Assembly (NCBI GenBank): GCA_023205875.1
Contig: CP060758.1
Span: 868,001-932,000 of the forward strand
Reading direction: 5' to 3'
Length of the DNA stretch: 64,000 bases
DNA from: Chloropicon primus
Lineage: Eukaryota
The notes under the pieces are model-generated. The model had not been told where the DNA came from, did not search any database, and saw only the letters and a list, made by a program, of their open reading frames with translations. This document shows, one piece after another, positions 30,933 to 41,576 of the stretch; position 1 is the first letter of the stretch, and every line of letters begins with the position of its first letter. The translations under genes and the position numbers were made by a program.

Positions 30933-33900
30933 TCAGCCAAAAAGCTTCCTCCTTTTCGGCACCACGGGCTCTTGAACTTCCTCCGACTTCTGAACGGGCG
31001 AGGGCCTCTCCCTTTCCCTCGCCCCCTCCCTCATCCCCTCCCTCTTGAGGGCCTTCTTGAACTCCTTGCACTGGGCGATCCAGGCGTGGGAGGTCTCCGA
31101 GGTGGTCACCCCGGAAAAGTCCTGCAGGTTGACCTGCTGGCCCTTGACCTTCATTGCCCGGGTGGCCTTCTGCCTCTCAGAGTAGTTGGCGAGCTGGTTG
31201 TCCGTTACGTTGAACGCCTTTCTGAGGATGTTCTTGACCTCGAGCAAGAGAGTCAAGCAACCCGCCTTCTTCCCCACCGCCCCAAGGTCGATGGGAACGG
31301 GCCTCCCCGCCTTGATGTCCTCCGCGCAGCCCTGCATCAGCTCCAAGTTGCTCTCCACGTAGGTGGCCTCCTGGTCCACGGTCGAAATGCAGGAGTGCAC
31401 GACCTGCAGAGGCTCTTCCAGGAGCGTGTAAGGCAAGCCTATCAAGACCATGGCGCTCACCTCAAGCTTCCTCAGATCAATGCCCTTGGTCGTGAAGCTT
31501 CTCAGGAGGGAACGAAGGAAGGCCACCCTGGTCTGCTTCCTGTCTCGGAGCATCGCGTAGAGCTTTCCGATCCCAGACATCATGAGGTTTGGATCCGGCG
31601 CGGCGTCTTGACCCATGCGAATTCCGCAGAGCAAAGCTTGCTCCTGCAGCGCTGCCACGGCGTCGATGAGCTTCGATTCGAAAAAGTCCACTCGCTTCTC
31701 CAGGATGTACGTCCTCAGAATTCTGCAAGCCTGCTGATGGACCATGTCGTTCGGGAAGGCGCACAGCGCAACAAGGGAAGGCACGGCAGTCCAAGGAGCC
31801 ACCAGACCTTGCCTCAGCACAGAATCAAATATCTCCATCGAGGCCAGCTTCAGTGGGCTGTTCAGCTCCACCAGGCCAGGCACGCCGAGATGATGATTGT
31901 CCTCGAGGCCTCTCACGTGCAGGGCCAAGGGCAATATCGACTTCTCCCAAAAGTAGCGGAGCACCGAGCCAGCGATGCTGACCTCGCCTTCGCCGCAGAC
32001 CGCGTCCAGGGAGTTTGAGGCCCTGTGCTTTGATCCCTTACTCTGCTGCTTCAGCTGGGCTTGCTGCTTCTCCAACATGGTGCTCTCCTCCTTCTTTATC
32101 ATTTCAGTGAGCCCCCTCAATGCGCAGACCTGCAAGGAGGGCTCGGCATCCGTCTTCAAGCACACTTCGTACACCTGGATCACCTTCTCCATGAGAGCGG
32201 TCTTGCTGTGGCCGTAAATGACCATCCCAAGGGCCCGGAGGGCTTCGATGGAGATGGAGTTGTGGGTCGTCGATTTAACAACCGTTTCCCCCTTCTCGTT
32301 GTGCTCCACAAGCAAGGAGATCATGGCGTCGATCGTCCTCATAAGGATGGGCTGGAACGACGTGGGATTGCTCTCCATCGAGCTGGCGTAGTTGCGCCAA
32401 AGGTGGCCCAGCACAAAAAGCCTCCTTCTCAAGAACGTTGAACTCCTCTGCCCTTGGTTTGCCGAAATGTGCTCCTCGAGCCTGTCCAGGATGCTGCTTG
32501 TTAACTTCATGATGAACTCGCTCGTGGCGGAAGAAAATGAACAGATCCGGCACAGCAGCTCGCAGGCCTTGGCCACCACGGACAGGTAGTCGTGCGAGGC
32601 AATCAGCTTCTGCAGATTTTGGGTCAGGGTCGAGCAGACCTGCTCGCCGAGAACGTCAATCACCAATATGTTTGAGCTAATGATGCTGAGGACACAGGTG
32701 AGCTTCTCTGCGTTGGGCCTCTTCACATCCTTGGCGGGCGGTCCATCTGCGTGGGTTTCGCCCGCATTGCATTGATTGTACAAGAGGTGGGGCATGAGGC
32801 ACTCTATGTAGTAATGTTGGTTGTTGCCGCCTGCGCAGAGTTTTGGCTCAGCCACGAGGAGGGCATGAAGCGAGACCATGTACTTGAGAATCCTCTCGCT
32901 TTTCTCCTCCTCGGACAGCGCAGATGCCTCCGCATGCAAAACGGAATCCACAAGCTGCCTGCAGAACGCCCTTCCAGATTTCAGAGTGGACGCCTTCTCC
33001 GTGGCGTTCATCTTCATCTGGCCCGAGCAGTCCAAGGTACTTGCGTTGAAGATGCACTCCAGCATATGGACCACAGGATGGTCTCTAGTGAACGGCACGA
33101 TCAAGCCGTTCTTCGAGACTCTTGATCGCTTCTGCTCCTCGAAGATCGTCCACACAGTCTCGCAGAAGTGCTCAGTCAGAGACTCTTCCGCTAAGCTCCT
33201 AGGCGTGAGAAACCAAAAGTTCCTCAAGATTTTCACTGTCCTCACTTTGACGGAGTCCTCCATGGCTGACACCCTGATTGCAGTTGACGCTGCTGCCTCA
33301 ATTCTTCTTCCAAAAGTGGCCGGAATGGCGCACGTCTCCCACAAGGTCTTCACCGCTTGCTTTTGAACGCTGGTTCCAGGGTCGCCGCAGGCATGCACGA
33401 TGAGGTCAAAGTAATCCATCGCCAACTCTTGCGACCTGCTGCTGAACCTAGAGATGAGATCCACTGCAGCCTCCCTCACACTCACCGAGGTGTCCTGAAT
33501 GCAAGCATCGAAACACGCACGGACCTTTGGATCCTGGGCCAACCCAAGCGAGCCGTCGTCCAGCTCGCACAGGTCAGCAAGCACCTTCATTGCCTTGGAT
33601 CTCACCTGGACGCTGGAGGCCGTTGTCCCCACAGATGACGCGTTGTCCGATTTGGTGGTGAATATTTCCTGTATGTCCGACATGCACAGGTCAAGCAGGC
33701 GATCAAAGAAGTTTCCGAACCTAGACGCCACGGTGGTTTGGGTGCACGACAGATACACACAGATCTTTTCAAGTGCTACCGGGTCGAAGTTCTTGGCACG
33801 CTCGCGGTGAATGGCCAAAGAGACGCTGCTGTTCATGTGCCCCAAGCCCCCCAAGCCCCCCAATCCAAAATCTTTCTCCTCTGGTTGCCCCTCCTCGTCC

Positions 33901-36719
33901 GCAGCGGCGTCTTCGGGTGCGGGGCATGCACGCTTGTTCATCTCCGAGAGGTATGATTTTGCCGAAGAGTTGAGCATGTGCCCCGCAGACTCCAAGATTC
34001 CTCGCTTTTCCTCCAAAATTCTCATGTTCGAGTCCAATGCGAGATCTATCGCTCTGTGCATCATCGAGATGCACGCCTCGTGTGGGTTGCCACTGATGCT
34101 AATCTTGATCGAAGACCCCTTCCCGTGCTGCTCTGCATCAAAATGATCGTAGGCCACCTGCAAAACGCCTTTCGGGTCCAACAAAGTCTTCTCCACGTCC
34201 GCGGCAGAACTGCTCATGTCCATCATCTCCACAGCGTGAAGGAGGCCTCCATCGCTGATGCTCGCATTCGGAGCCGCCTCCACCAGGCTCTCACAAATCG
34301 TCTCCAGGTCCTGATTCAGGAACTCGTCGCCCTTCCAGAACTTCTCCTTGCGGATCAAACCTCCCATGATCTCCCCCAGAAGCTCCACGGACGCAACGCG
34401 GACGAAGGCGTCGTGGTGCTTGAGCCCCTTGTACATCAACAGGGTGGTGAATCGCTGCAGAAGGAGGGAGGAGCACGGAAACTCCAAGTTGCCGAAACAC
34501 GTCAAGATATCACTCAGCAGGTGGTGGAGGACTTGCTTCCATTCTACCCTCTGGTCCCGGTCCACGTAACCGCCCTTTGCACTCTGTGAGGAGCTTGAGA
34601 CAAGCTCCTGGAAGATGGATTGCCAAACGATGTCAGCCCACCGCAATCGTATCGTGCGACCATCCAGAACCCCACCAGGCGGCCCACTTCCCTCCTCCTG
34701 GCCCTCCTCCACATTCTCGACCTTGTGATCCGCGGTAACCGTGGCGTTCTGAATGCAAAACATGATCAGGGCACTCACGAGGTGGATCCTCGAGCTGTTT
34801 GCAGACAAGTGGAAGGTTCTCGGAATGGACGACAGGGCGTGAGCCTGCGACTTGAGCCCGTTCCTGATGCACTTTGAGTGAATATCCGTGAGCAGAGAAT
34901 CCTGGAATGAGGGGTACTTTGCAAAGATGACGGCGATCAGAACCAGGGAGTTTCTCTTCACGCACTCAAGTGAAGACTCCACGTTGCCTTGCGATTTTCC
35001 CCGGGTCTTCGCCCTGGTCCGAGAGGCCTCCCTGCCCGAGCCGCCTTGGGACCCAAAATGCACTTCCACGGAGAAGCAGTCCAGGAGAACTCTGCAGAGC
35101 CTGAGCGCAAGGGTGTCAGGAAGCTTAGTCCTTCCCATTAGCAGGTGCATCATGGGTATGATGTGCTCCATGTGGCGCAGGGCCATCTCAATCATGTAAG
35201 ATTCCTGAGCCTTCCCGTCCCCCTCGCCCTCCTCCTCCGAGTCGCTGGATTCGATCTTGCTCTTCATCGCGGCGTCAACTTTGGAGAGCACGTTCTTCTT
35301 GAAGACCGCGTCGATCGTGCCAATCATGTCCTCCAAAATTTCCTCCCTGTACAGGAACTTGGGCATGCCCTGCAGGATCATCAGGGACAGCGCAAGCCTG
35401 CTCGAGGAGAGGCAAAGGTCCAGCTTGGAAGCGTTCTTGTGGATCGACCCGCTCCCCTCCTTGGGCTCCTCTGCCGAGCGCTTTGCCTTGGCCCCTCTGC
35501 CCTTCTTCTTGGAAGACTTCTTGCCGCCGCTGGCTTTGTCGTGCGAGGACGGCTCTTGCGAGCGAGCCCGGCAGCCCCAGCTGATCAGCGTCCTGAGCTG
35601 GTCCAAAGCGATCTTGAAGAAGCTCGTGTTGCTCTCCAGTTTCAAATTCTCCCCGAGGATGGCCTCCGAGACCTGGGTGTCCGAGCCTATGTCCGTTGAC
35701 AGGGAGAGAAGCTTCTTGGAGAGGGCCTCGATCTTCGATTCTTCTTCCTCCATGGCTCCACCGTCAGCCGCCTCCCCCTCGAGCTCGGCGATCTCTGCAT
35801 CACACAGGAGGCGCAGAGTCTCCATCATTTTTGCCTCCAAATTCTCGGCCTCGTTGGCTTCGCTTTCCAACTCGAAGAACTTGTCCCTCGCCTTCTCCTC
35901 GTCCTCGGCGTACAAGACCGTGGCCTTGTTGCTCCTCCTGCGACCACCATTCTCGTTCATGAACATGAACTTCCTGGGGCTCCGCCCCGCGGCGCCGTTC
36001 AAGGCCGCCTCGCCTGCTTCTTCCACGCTCTCCTCCCCCTCAACATCCATGTCCTCGGGGCCCGCCGCCTCCGTCGCGTCGCCGTTGGCGACCGCGGCAT
36101 CGCGCTGCCGAGCGTCGAAGGATTGCTCCTGGCCGTCGATCGCCCCCAAGCCCCCCTCGGCGCCCGCGCAGGCCCCCCTGTTCCTGATGAGGGACTTAAG
36201 GGAGGAAGTAGAACGACGACGAGAACGGCCAGTCGAGGCGCCCGCGGATCCTTGGGGAGCACCAGGCGCCGCGGCCACCTGCCGCTTCGGCTTCTGCCTC
36301 TGCATCTGCCTCTCCTGCGAGGAGTGCAAGTAGTAGTGAGCATTCGTCACGTCGAAGGCGGTCTTGTCTCGACCGAGGATGCCCTCTTGCAAGCTCGAGA
36401 GCTTGGCGTTGCCCGCGTCAAACGGAAAGCCGCCCTCCGTCGCCGTCTTCAGGTACTTTTTGCTCTTCGGCTTCAAGTAGTCCACCGAGGCCCTCTGAAG
36501 GAGGGCGAACACCCGATCCTGAACCTCCCTGCTCGAAGGATCCGCCCCCTCGTACGCCTCCACCTCCTTGGCCCCTCCTCCCGATGAGGACGACGAGAAC
36601 AAGCTCGACGCTGCTCTGTCGTCGTCCAAGCGCGCCCCGAGAAGGGGAAGGCTTATGCATGGATCCGTCCCAAGCACGCTCACCACATGCCTCCTCGGCG
36701 CTTGCCCTCTCTCCGCCAT
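30933..36719 (-). CDS. SCC2: Cohesin loader Scc2/NIPBL
   Basis: HEAT repeats with VRSKAMKVL...DTSVSVREAAVDLI...DPGTSVQKQAVK, and Nipped-B C-terminal LRQGLVAPWTAVPSLVAL and LPYTLLEEPL. Confidence 0.9.
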   Translation of the reverse strand: MAERGQAPRRHVVSVLGTDPCISLPLLGARLDDDRAASSLFSSSSSGGGAKEVEAYEGADPSSREVQDRVFALLQRASVDYLKPKSKKYLKTATEGGFPFDAGNAKLSSLQEGILGRDKTAFDVTNAHYYLHSSQERQMQRQKPKRQVAAAPGAPQGSAGASTGRSRRRSTSSLKSLIRNRGACAGAEGGLGAIDGQEQSFDARQRDAAVANGDATEAAGPEDMDVEGEESVEEAGEAALNGAAGRSPRKFMFMNENGGRRRSNKATVLYAEDEEKARDKFFELESEANEAENLEAKMMETLRLLCDAEIAELEGEAADGGAMEEEESKIEALSKKLLSLSTDIGSDTQVSEAILGENLKLESNTSFFKIALDQLRTLISWGCRARSQEPSSHDKASGGKKSSKKKGRGAKAKRSAEEPKEGSGSIHKNASKLDLCLSSSRLALSLMILQGMPKFLYREEILEDMIGTIDAVFKKNVLSKVDAAMKSKIESSDSEEEGEGDGKAQESYMIEMALRHMEHIIPMMHLLMGRTKLPDTLALRLCRVLLDCFSVEVHFGSQGGSGREASRTRAKTRGKSQGNVESSLECVKRNSLVLIAVIFAKYPSFQDSLLTDIHSKCIRNGLKSQAHALSSIPRTFHLSANSSRIHLVSALIMFCIQNATVTADHKVENVEEGQEEGSGPPGGVLDGRTIRLRWADIVWQSIFQELVSSSSQSAKGGYVDRDQRVEWKQVLHHLLSDILTCFGNLEFPCSSLLLQRFTTLLMYKGLKHHDAFVRVASVELLGEIMGGLIRKEKFWKGDEFLNQDLETICESLVEAAPNASISDGGLLHAVEMMDMSSSAADVEKTLLDPKGVLQVAYDHFDAEQHGKGSSIKISISGNPHEACISMMHRAIDLALDSNMRILEEKRGILESAGHMLNSSAKSYLSEMNKRACPAPEDAAADEEGQPEEKDFGLGGLGGLGHMNSSVSLAIHRERAKNFDPVALEKICVYLSCTQTTVASRFGNFFDRLLDLCMSDIQEIFTTKSDNASSVGTTASSVQVRSKAMKVLADLCELDDGSLGLAQDPKVRACFDACIQDTSVSVREAAVDLISRFSSRSQELAMDYFDLIVHACGDPGTSVQKQAVKTLWETCAIPATFGRRIEAAASTAIRVSAMEDSVKVRTVKILRNFWFLTPRSLAEESLTEHFCETVWTIFEEQKRSRVSKNGLIVPFTRDHPVVHMLECIFNASTLDCSGQMKMNATEKASTLKSGRAFCRQLVDSVLHAEASALSEEEKSERILKYMVSLHALLVAEPKLCAGGNNQHYYIECLMPHLLYNQCNAGETHADGPPAKDVKRPNAEKLTCVLSIISSNILVIDVLGEQVCSTLTQNLQKLIASHDYLSVVAKACELLCRICSFSSATSEFIMKLTSSILDRLEEHISANQGQRSSTFLRRRLFVLGHLWRNYASSMESNPTSFQPILMRTIDAMISLLVEHNEKGETVVKSTTHNSISIEALRALGMVIYGHSKTALMEKVIQVYEVCLKTDAEPSLQVCALRGLTEMIKKEESTMLEKQQAQLKQQSKGSKHRASNSLDAVCGEGEVSIAGSVLRYFWEKSILPLALHVRGLEDNHHLGVPGLVELNSPLKLASMEIFDSVLRQGLVAPWTAVPSLVALCAFPNDMVHQQACRILRTYILEKRVDFFESKLIDAVAALQEQALLCGIRMGQDAAPDPNLMMSGIGKLYAMLRDRKQTRVAFLRSLLRSFTTKGIDLRKLEVSAMVLIGLPYTLLEEPLQVVHSCISTVDQEATYVESNLELMQGCAEDIKAGRPVPIDLGAVGKKAGCLTLLLEVKNILRKAFNVTDNQLANYSERQKATRAMKVKGQQVNLQDFSGVTTSETSHAWIAQCKEFKKALKREGMREGARERERPSPVQKSEEVQEPVVPKRRKLFG

Positions 36720-36727
36720 CGTCCTTC

Positions 36728-36844
36728 CGATCGCGATCGCTGTCAGACTCCGATCCTTGTTCCCCCCTCAAGCGATCGCGATCGAAAATTTTTTGGTTTT
36801 TTCCCGCCTTCTCTCCCGATCGCGATCGCGATCGCGATCGCGAT
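36728..36844. repeat. Clustered self-complementary (CGATCG)n runs in the SCC2/RPN13 divergent promoter
   Basis: cgatcgcgatcgc at about 36728, gcgatcgcgatcg at about 36772, and (cgatcg)x4+cgat at 36817-36844. Confidence 0.85.
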
Positions 36845-37214
36845 AGAGAAAGAGCCACAGGGACAGCCACGACCAACCCTCGCCGTTGTCGAGTTACTTG
36901 TTTGGACGAGAGGTCGCGAGCGTGGGAAGGGAAGGTGAGGGAGGGAGCGAAAGCGTTTGCGGTGTCTCAGTCGGTGCTCGCCTTGCCAAAGGCGGAGGCG
37001 CTTTCTTTTGTTTCGGTCTGGTTTCGTCGTCCTCCTCCTCCTCCTGCAGTCCTCTGACAACGAACGTTTTGCTGGCTGGCTCTGGCTGTGTTCCGGCGTC
37101 GCACGGAAGGAGGGAGAGGAGAGGGTGGCCCGAAAGAGCGCGATCGCCCGGACCTGCCGTGTTGCTCTGGTCGTTTCTTTTTTTGTGAGAGCGCGTTGTT
37201 TCCTCGAAACGTAA

Positions 37215-38357
37215 ATGTTTGGCTTAGGTCGAGAAGGCGGTGGAATGCCGTCGGGCCAGGTGCTCTGCGAGTACAAGGCGGGGAAGCTCGTGCTGAAGCG
37301 CGACGAGCAGACGGGGAAACATATGATGCACGCGGATAAGAGGAAGGGTCTGATCAGGGTGAAGAGGGAGGACAGCGATGGCCTGGTTCACTTTCAGTGG
37401 TTGGAGCGCATCGCGGGGGTCATGGGCGCTCCCTCGAGGAGCAACCTGGTAGACGACCTTATCCTCTTCCCGCAAGAGGCGGTGATGAAGAAGTCACACC
37501 AGGGAGGGACCGACTCTCGTGTGCACCTGCTGAAGTTTCAGCAAGGGGACAGGAAGCTCTACTTTTGGTTCCAGGAGGATCCCTCTGAGGATGGCGACGA
37601 GAATTTCGTGAAGAAGGTGAACTTGAGCCTGAACGGAAGGACTTCTGAGCCCACCAAGGACGAGGACAAGGGCAGCGGCAGCGGAGCGGAGGAGAAGAAG
37701 GACGGCGACGGCTCCGGGGGCGGAGACGGGAAGGCCACGCCCTCTGGCGGAGACAGGAAGGAGCAGCAGGGGGGCGACAACAAGGACGGCGGCGAGGGAA
37801 ACGGCGGTGACGACGGGGCGGCCACCCCCATGGACACGGCCACCCAGGGCGACGGCGCGGGCGGCGCGGACGCCTCCGCGGCAGAGGTGGAGGAGGAGAC
37901 GGGGGCGGCCGAGCTGACCACGCACCCCCTCGCGGACTTTGGGGGCGGGGTGAGCCAAGAAGCCCTGGCTGCCGCCCTCCTGTCCGCCGCGTCGAGCGTG
38001 GGCGGGCAATTTCCAGCGGCGGTCCAAGGGCCCTCCCTGTCCGACGTGCTCAAGCCCGAGACCATCGTCCCGTTGCTGAGGAACAAGGAGATCCAGGAGA
38101 GGCTCGCGGAGTACCTGCCGGAGGAGCACAGGCACGAGTCGGCAGTCCTCGAGCTTGCCTCCTCGCCCCAATTCCAACAGCAGTTGGAGACGTTCTCCCA
38201 AGCCCTGCAGAGCGGCCAGCTGAACCTGAACGCGTTTGGGATTCCCCACGACGCCCTCACCGTTGCGGATTTCCTCAGATCCATAGAAACCATGTCAGCC
38301 CAGGAGAGCGCCAACCACGGAGGCGGCGAGGGAGACAAGAGCAACGATGCAAAGTGA
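37215..38357 (+). CDS. RPN13: Proteasome ubiquitin receptor Rpn13/ADRM1
   Basis: Pru domain (EYKAGKL, ADKRKG, HFQW, DDLILFP, FWFQE) and UCH37-binding DEUBAD (SPQFQQQLETFSQALQSG). Confidence 0.93.
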   Translation: MFGLGREGGGMPSGQVLCEYKAGKLVLKRDEQTGKHMMHADKRKGLIRVKREDSDGLVHFQWLERIAGVMGAPSRSNLVDDLILFPQEAVMKKSHQGGTDSRVHLLKFQQGDRKLYFWFQEDPSEDGDENFVKKVNLSLNGRTSEPTKDEDKGSGSGAEEKKDGDGSGGGDGKATPSGGDRKEQQGGDNKDGGEGNGGDDGAATPMDTATQGDGAGGADASAAEVEEETGAAELTTHPLADFGGGVSQEALAAALLSAASSVGGQFPAAVQGPSLSDVLKPETIVPLLRNKEIQERLAEYLPEEHRHESAVLELASSPQFQQQLETFSQALQSGQLNLNAFGIPHDALTVADFLRSIETMSAQESANHGGGEGDKSNDAK

Positions 38358-38573
38358 AAGACGGTCGGTCCGGGAGGGAGAGGGAAAGAGAAAGAGAGGA
38401 ATAATAATATCAATCTTTAGGAAAACATTTCTTCATACAAGAGGATAAAAGTGCTTTTATTTTGATTTTTTTTGCTATTTCAATTTTGTTTCTTTTCAGT
38501 CAAGAGTTTGTTCCTAAAAGCTCGCTTTTTCTTTTTTATGGGCGAGCTCTAGTCTTGGTCTTATCCGTTAAAC

Positions 38574-40895
38574 CTAGTTGAAAAACTGGAAGAGGAGTCC
38601 GTCTCTGGTGTGCGTAGCGAAGAATGGGGCAAACACGAGGGACTCGACCGCCATGAGCTTAATCAAAATGTTCAGGGAAGGTCCAGAGGTATCCTTGAGT
38701 GGATCACCAACAGTGTCACCAATGACAGCGGCCTTGTGGGCCTCGGTTCCCTTTCCTCCGAGCATGCGTGCATGCTCGGTTCTTCCGGCCTCCAAGTACT
38801 TCTTGGCGTTATCCCAGGCTCCTCCGGTGTTGGAGGCAGAGATGGCAAGCTGGACGCCCGAGATGAGGGCACCAACGAGGACACCAGCAAGGGTACTGAC
38901 TCCGAAGAGGGTTCCGACGACAAGAGGGGTGAAGATGACCAAGGCACCTGGAGGTCCCATCTCGGCAAGAGAGGCCTGCGTGGAGATCTCAATGCACTTC
39001 TTGTACTCTGGCTTCGTGGTACCCTCCATCAAGCCAGGGATAGTGTTGAACTGTCTTCTGACCTCCTCAACCATGGCGAGGGCAGCCCTTCCGACACTCT
39101 TCATGGTCATGGCACTGAACCAGTATGGAAGCATAGCTCCGATCAAGAGTCCAGGGAAGACCTTCTTGTCAAGAATGGAAGCACTGGCAAAGTCAATATC
39201 AGCACGGGTCACGTACGCTCCGAAGAGGGCCAAGGACACGAGGGCGGCAGAGCCAATGGCGAAACCCTTTCCGACGGCGGCGGTGGTGTTTCCGGCGGCG
39301 TCAAGAGCATCAGTTCTCTCACGGATCTCCTCTCCCATCTCGGCCATCTCGGCGATACCTCCGGCGTTATCGGAGATAGGTCCGTAGGCATCAATGGCAA
39401 GGCCAGTGGCCAAGGTTCCGAGCATACCAAGGGCAGAGCAAGCGATTCCGTACATTCCAGAGCAGGCGTAGGAGAAGTAGATGGTCACAGCCAAAGCACA
39501 GCATGGGATGATGCAAGACTTGTAACCAAGGGCAAGTCCGAAGATGATGTTGGTGGCAGCACCGGTCTTGCAAGAGTCGGCGACGTCAATGACTGGCTTG
39601 TAGGTGTTACTGGTGTAGATCTCGGTCATGTGTCCGATCAAGTAACCGGAGACGAGTCCAAGGGCAACAGAGACGAACATCTGCCAGTTGTGCACGGTCT
39701 TGACCGAGTTGTCCGGCATGTAGAGCTGGAACTTGCTTGGGAGGGTTCCGAAGGTAATTCCGAGAACCACAATAAGCATGAACACGGTACTGATCTGGAG
39801 CTGCCTCTTGAGGGTAGGCTCGATCTGAGAAATGTTCTTGGCAGGGGCAATGTCGGTGGCCACCAAGGTGGTGAAGAAGCACACGACGATTCCGCAAGCG
39901 GTGAGCATGAGCGGGTAGTTCATGGCGGCCCAGTTGTGGCTTCCGGCCAAGCAGTTGCCATCGATGCACCTTCCGGCTCCGAGGGAGGACAAGGAAGAGA
40001 CGACGAGGGCAGCGCAAGTGGCCTCGGCGAAGGAGCCGAAGAGATCGGCTCCCATTCCAGCGATGTCACCAACGTTGTCGCCAACGTTGTCAGCAATGAC
40101 GGCAGGGTTCCTTGGGTCATCCTCAGGGATGTCCTTCTCGACCTTTCCGACCAAGTCGGCACCGACGTCGGCGGCCTTGGTGTAGATACCTCCTCCGACT
40201 CTTCCGAAGAGGGCGATGGTGGACCCTCCCAAGCCGTACCCGGTGATGCACTCGTAGAGACCAGCCCAGTCGTCCTTGAAGTAGAACATCTTGAAGAGGA
40301 CGACGGCGGTGAAGAGGATGAGAAGACCCAACCCACTGAGCAAGAATCCCATGACGGCTCCGGACCTGAAGGCGGTCATGAAGGCTGGGGCGACTCCCTT
40401 CCTGGCCTCGAGGGCGGTCCTTCCGTTGGCGTAGGTCGCGATCATCATTCCCAAGTATCCGGACAGGGAGGACGTGGTCGCTCCCAGGATGAAGGAGATG
40501 GTGGAGAACAACGCGATGAAGAGTCCAGGGGCCTGTGGCCTTCCGTCGACGTCGGTCGTGTACTTGGTCTTGAACCCGTCCTGCGAGCCGAGGAGGACGA
40601 AGATCACGGCCGAGAACGCGGCCATGAAGTAGAAGATGTACTTGTACTCCGTGGCGAGGAACCCGACGGCTCCGTCGGTAATCGCGTCCTGAATGTCGGC
40701 AACCTTGGCGGCGACGGAGGCATTCGATCCGGTCCCGGCCTCGAGCAAGGACTCGCTGGTGCCCTCCTCGTCATCCCTGACCTTCACGAGACTGACCCTG
40801 TACCACAAGAACGCAGCGAAGGCCACGGCGAGGAACGTCGAGCCGGGCACGAACACGCTCACGAACGCCGGACTGAATGGGCTATCACTGTCCAT
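38574..40895 (-). CDS. AVP1: Vacuolar H+-translocating pyrophosphatase, K+-dependent type I
   Basis: [40 protein letters not shown] and [20 protein letters not shown] (Ala, not Lys) indicates the K+-dependent class. Confidence 0.97.
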   Translation of the reverse strand: MDSDSPFSPAFVSVFVPGSTFLAVAFAAFLWYRVSLVKVRDDEEGTSESLLEAGTGSNASVAAKVADIQDAITDGAVGFLATEYKYIFYFMAAFSAVIFVLLGSQDGFKTKYTTDVDGRPQAPGLFIALFSTISFILGATTSSLSGYLGMMIATYANGRTALEARKGVAPAFMTAFRSGAVMGFLLSGLGLLILFTAVVLFKMFYFKDDWAGLYECITGYGLGGSTIALFGRVGGGIYTKAADVGADLVGKVEKDIPEDDPRNPAVIADNVGDNVGDIAGMGADLFGSFAEATCAALVVSSLSSLGAGRCIDGNCLAGSHNWAAMNYPLMLTACGIVVCFFTTLVATDIAPAKNISQIEPTLKRQLQISTVFMLIVVLGITFGTLPSKFQLYMPDNSVKTVHNWQMFVSVALGLVSGYLIGHMTEIYTSNTYKPVIDVADSCKTGAATNIIFGLALGYKSCIIPCCALAVTIYFSYACSGMYGIACSALGMLGTLATGLAIDAYGPISDNAGGIAEMAEMGEEIRERTDALDAAGNTTAAVGKGFAIGSAALVSLALFGAYVTRADIDFASASILDKKVFPGLLIGAMLPYWFSAMTMKSVGRAALAMVEEVRRQFNTIPGLMEGTTKPEYKKCIEISTQASLAEMGPPGALVIFTPLVVGTLFGVSTLAGVLVGALISGVQLAISASNTGGAWDNAKKYLEAGRTEHARMLGGKGTEAHKAAVIGDTVGDPLKDTSGPSLNILIKLMAVESLVFAPFFATHTRDGLLFQFFN

Positions 40896-41576
40896 CCTTG
40901 AACAAACTCAAGCGCGCAAACACACACACGCAAGCAACAAAGCGAAGCAGCAAAGAGACGCAGCAGTAGAAGAGTTTGCACCCCCCTTCCGTGACAAGTA
41001 ACAGCAACAAGGTACGCGCACCCTCCTGGCGCCACCTGCTTGGGCAAAAGTGTTCCTCCCCCGCCGAGTAACGAGTTCTCTCAACAGGGGTTTTTCGGCG
41101 GCGCTCGGTAACACGAAATTAGCACAGGTCAGGGGCCCACGGGGGGTTTCGAGCGAAAGATATCTTTGACGTTAGTGTGCCGAAAAAATTGTAAATTGGA
41201 CGAGGGAGGACACCCTGGGCAGCCAGGGTGTCGGAGGAGGAGGCCCTGGCCCTGAACCTTGGTTTTGCCATTTGAGTGTAAAGAGGGATGGAACCAAGTG
41301 GTACACCACCACCTCCTCCTTGGATCATCCCCTCTCTCTCTCTCGGGGGGGGGGGTCGAAGCAATCTTGGCCGCTTCAACTTGAACGGACTTTGGGAAAA
41401 GGGAAAAGTCTGCAGATCTCTTTCTCTCTTTCTTTCTTTCTTTCGTGGGTGTGTAGTTGTTTGTTTTACAAAAGAGCTTTTTACAACAGCAAAGCAAAGC
41501 GAGGCAAGAGAACCCGCGATCCTCACAACGAGACGAGGACGAGCTGCAAAGCTCTTGACTTCATCATATCCAGGCC

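Noticed and set aside
41209..41232. Perfect 10-bp hairpin gacaccctgg-gcag-ccagggtgtc upstream of the H+-PPase gene
   Set aside because: A single short stem with no U-tract or recognisable ncRNA context; plausible by chance in 64 kb of GC-rich DNA.
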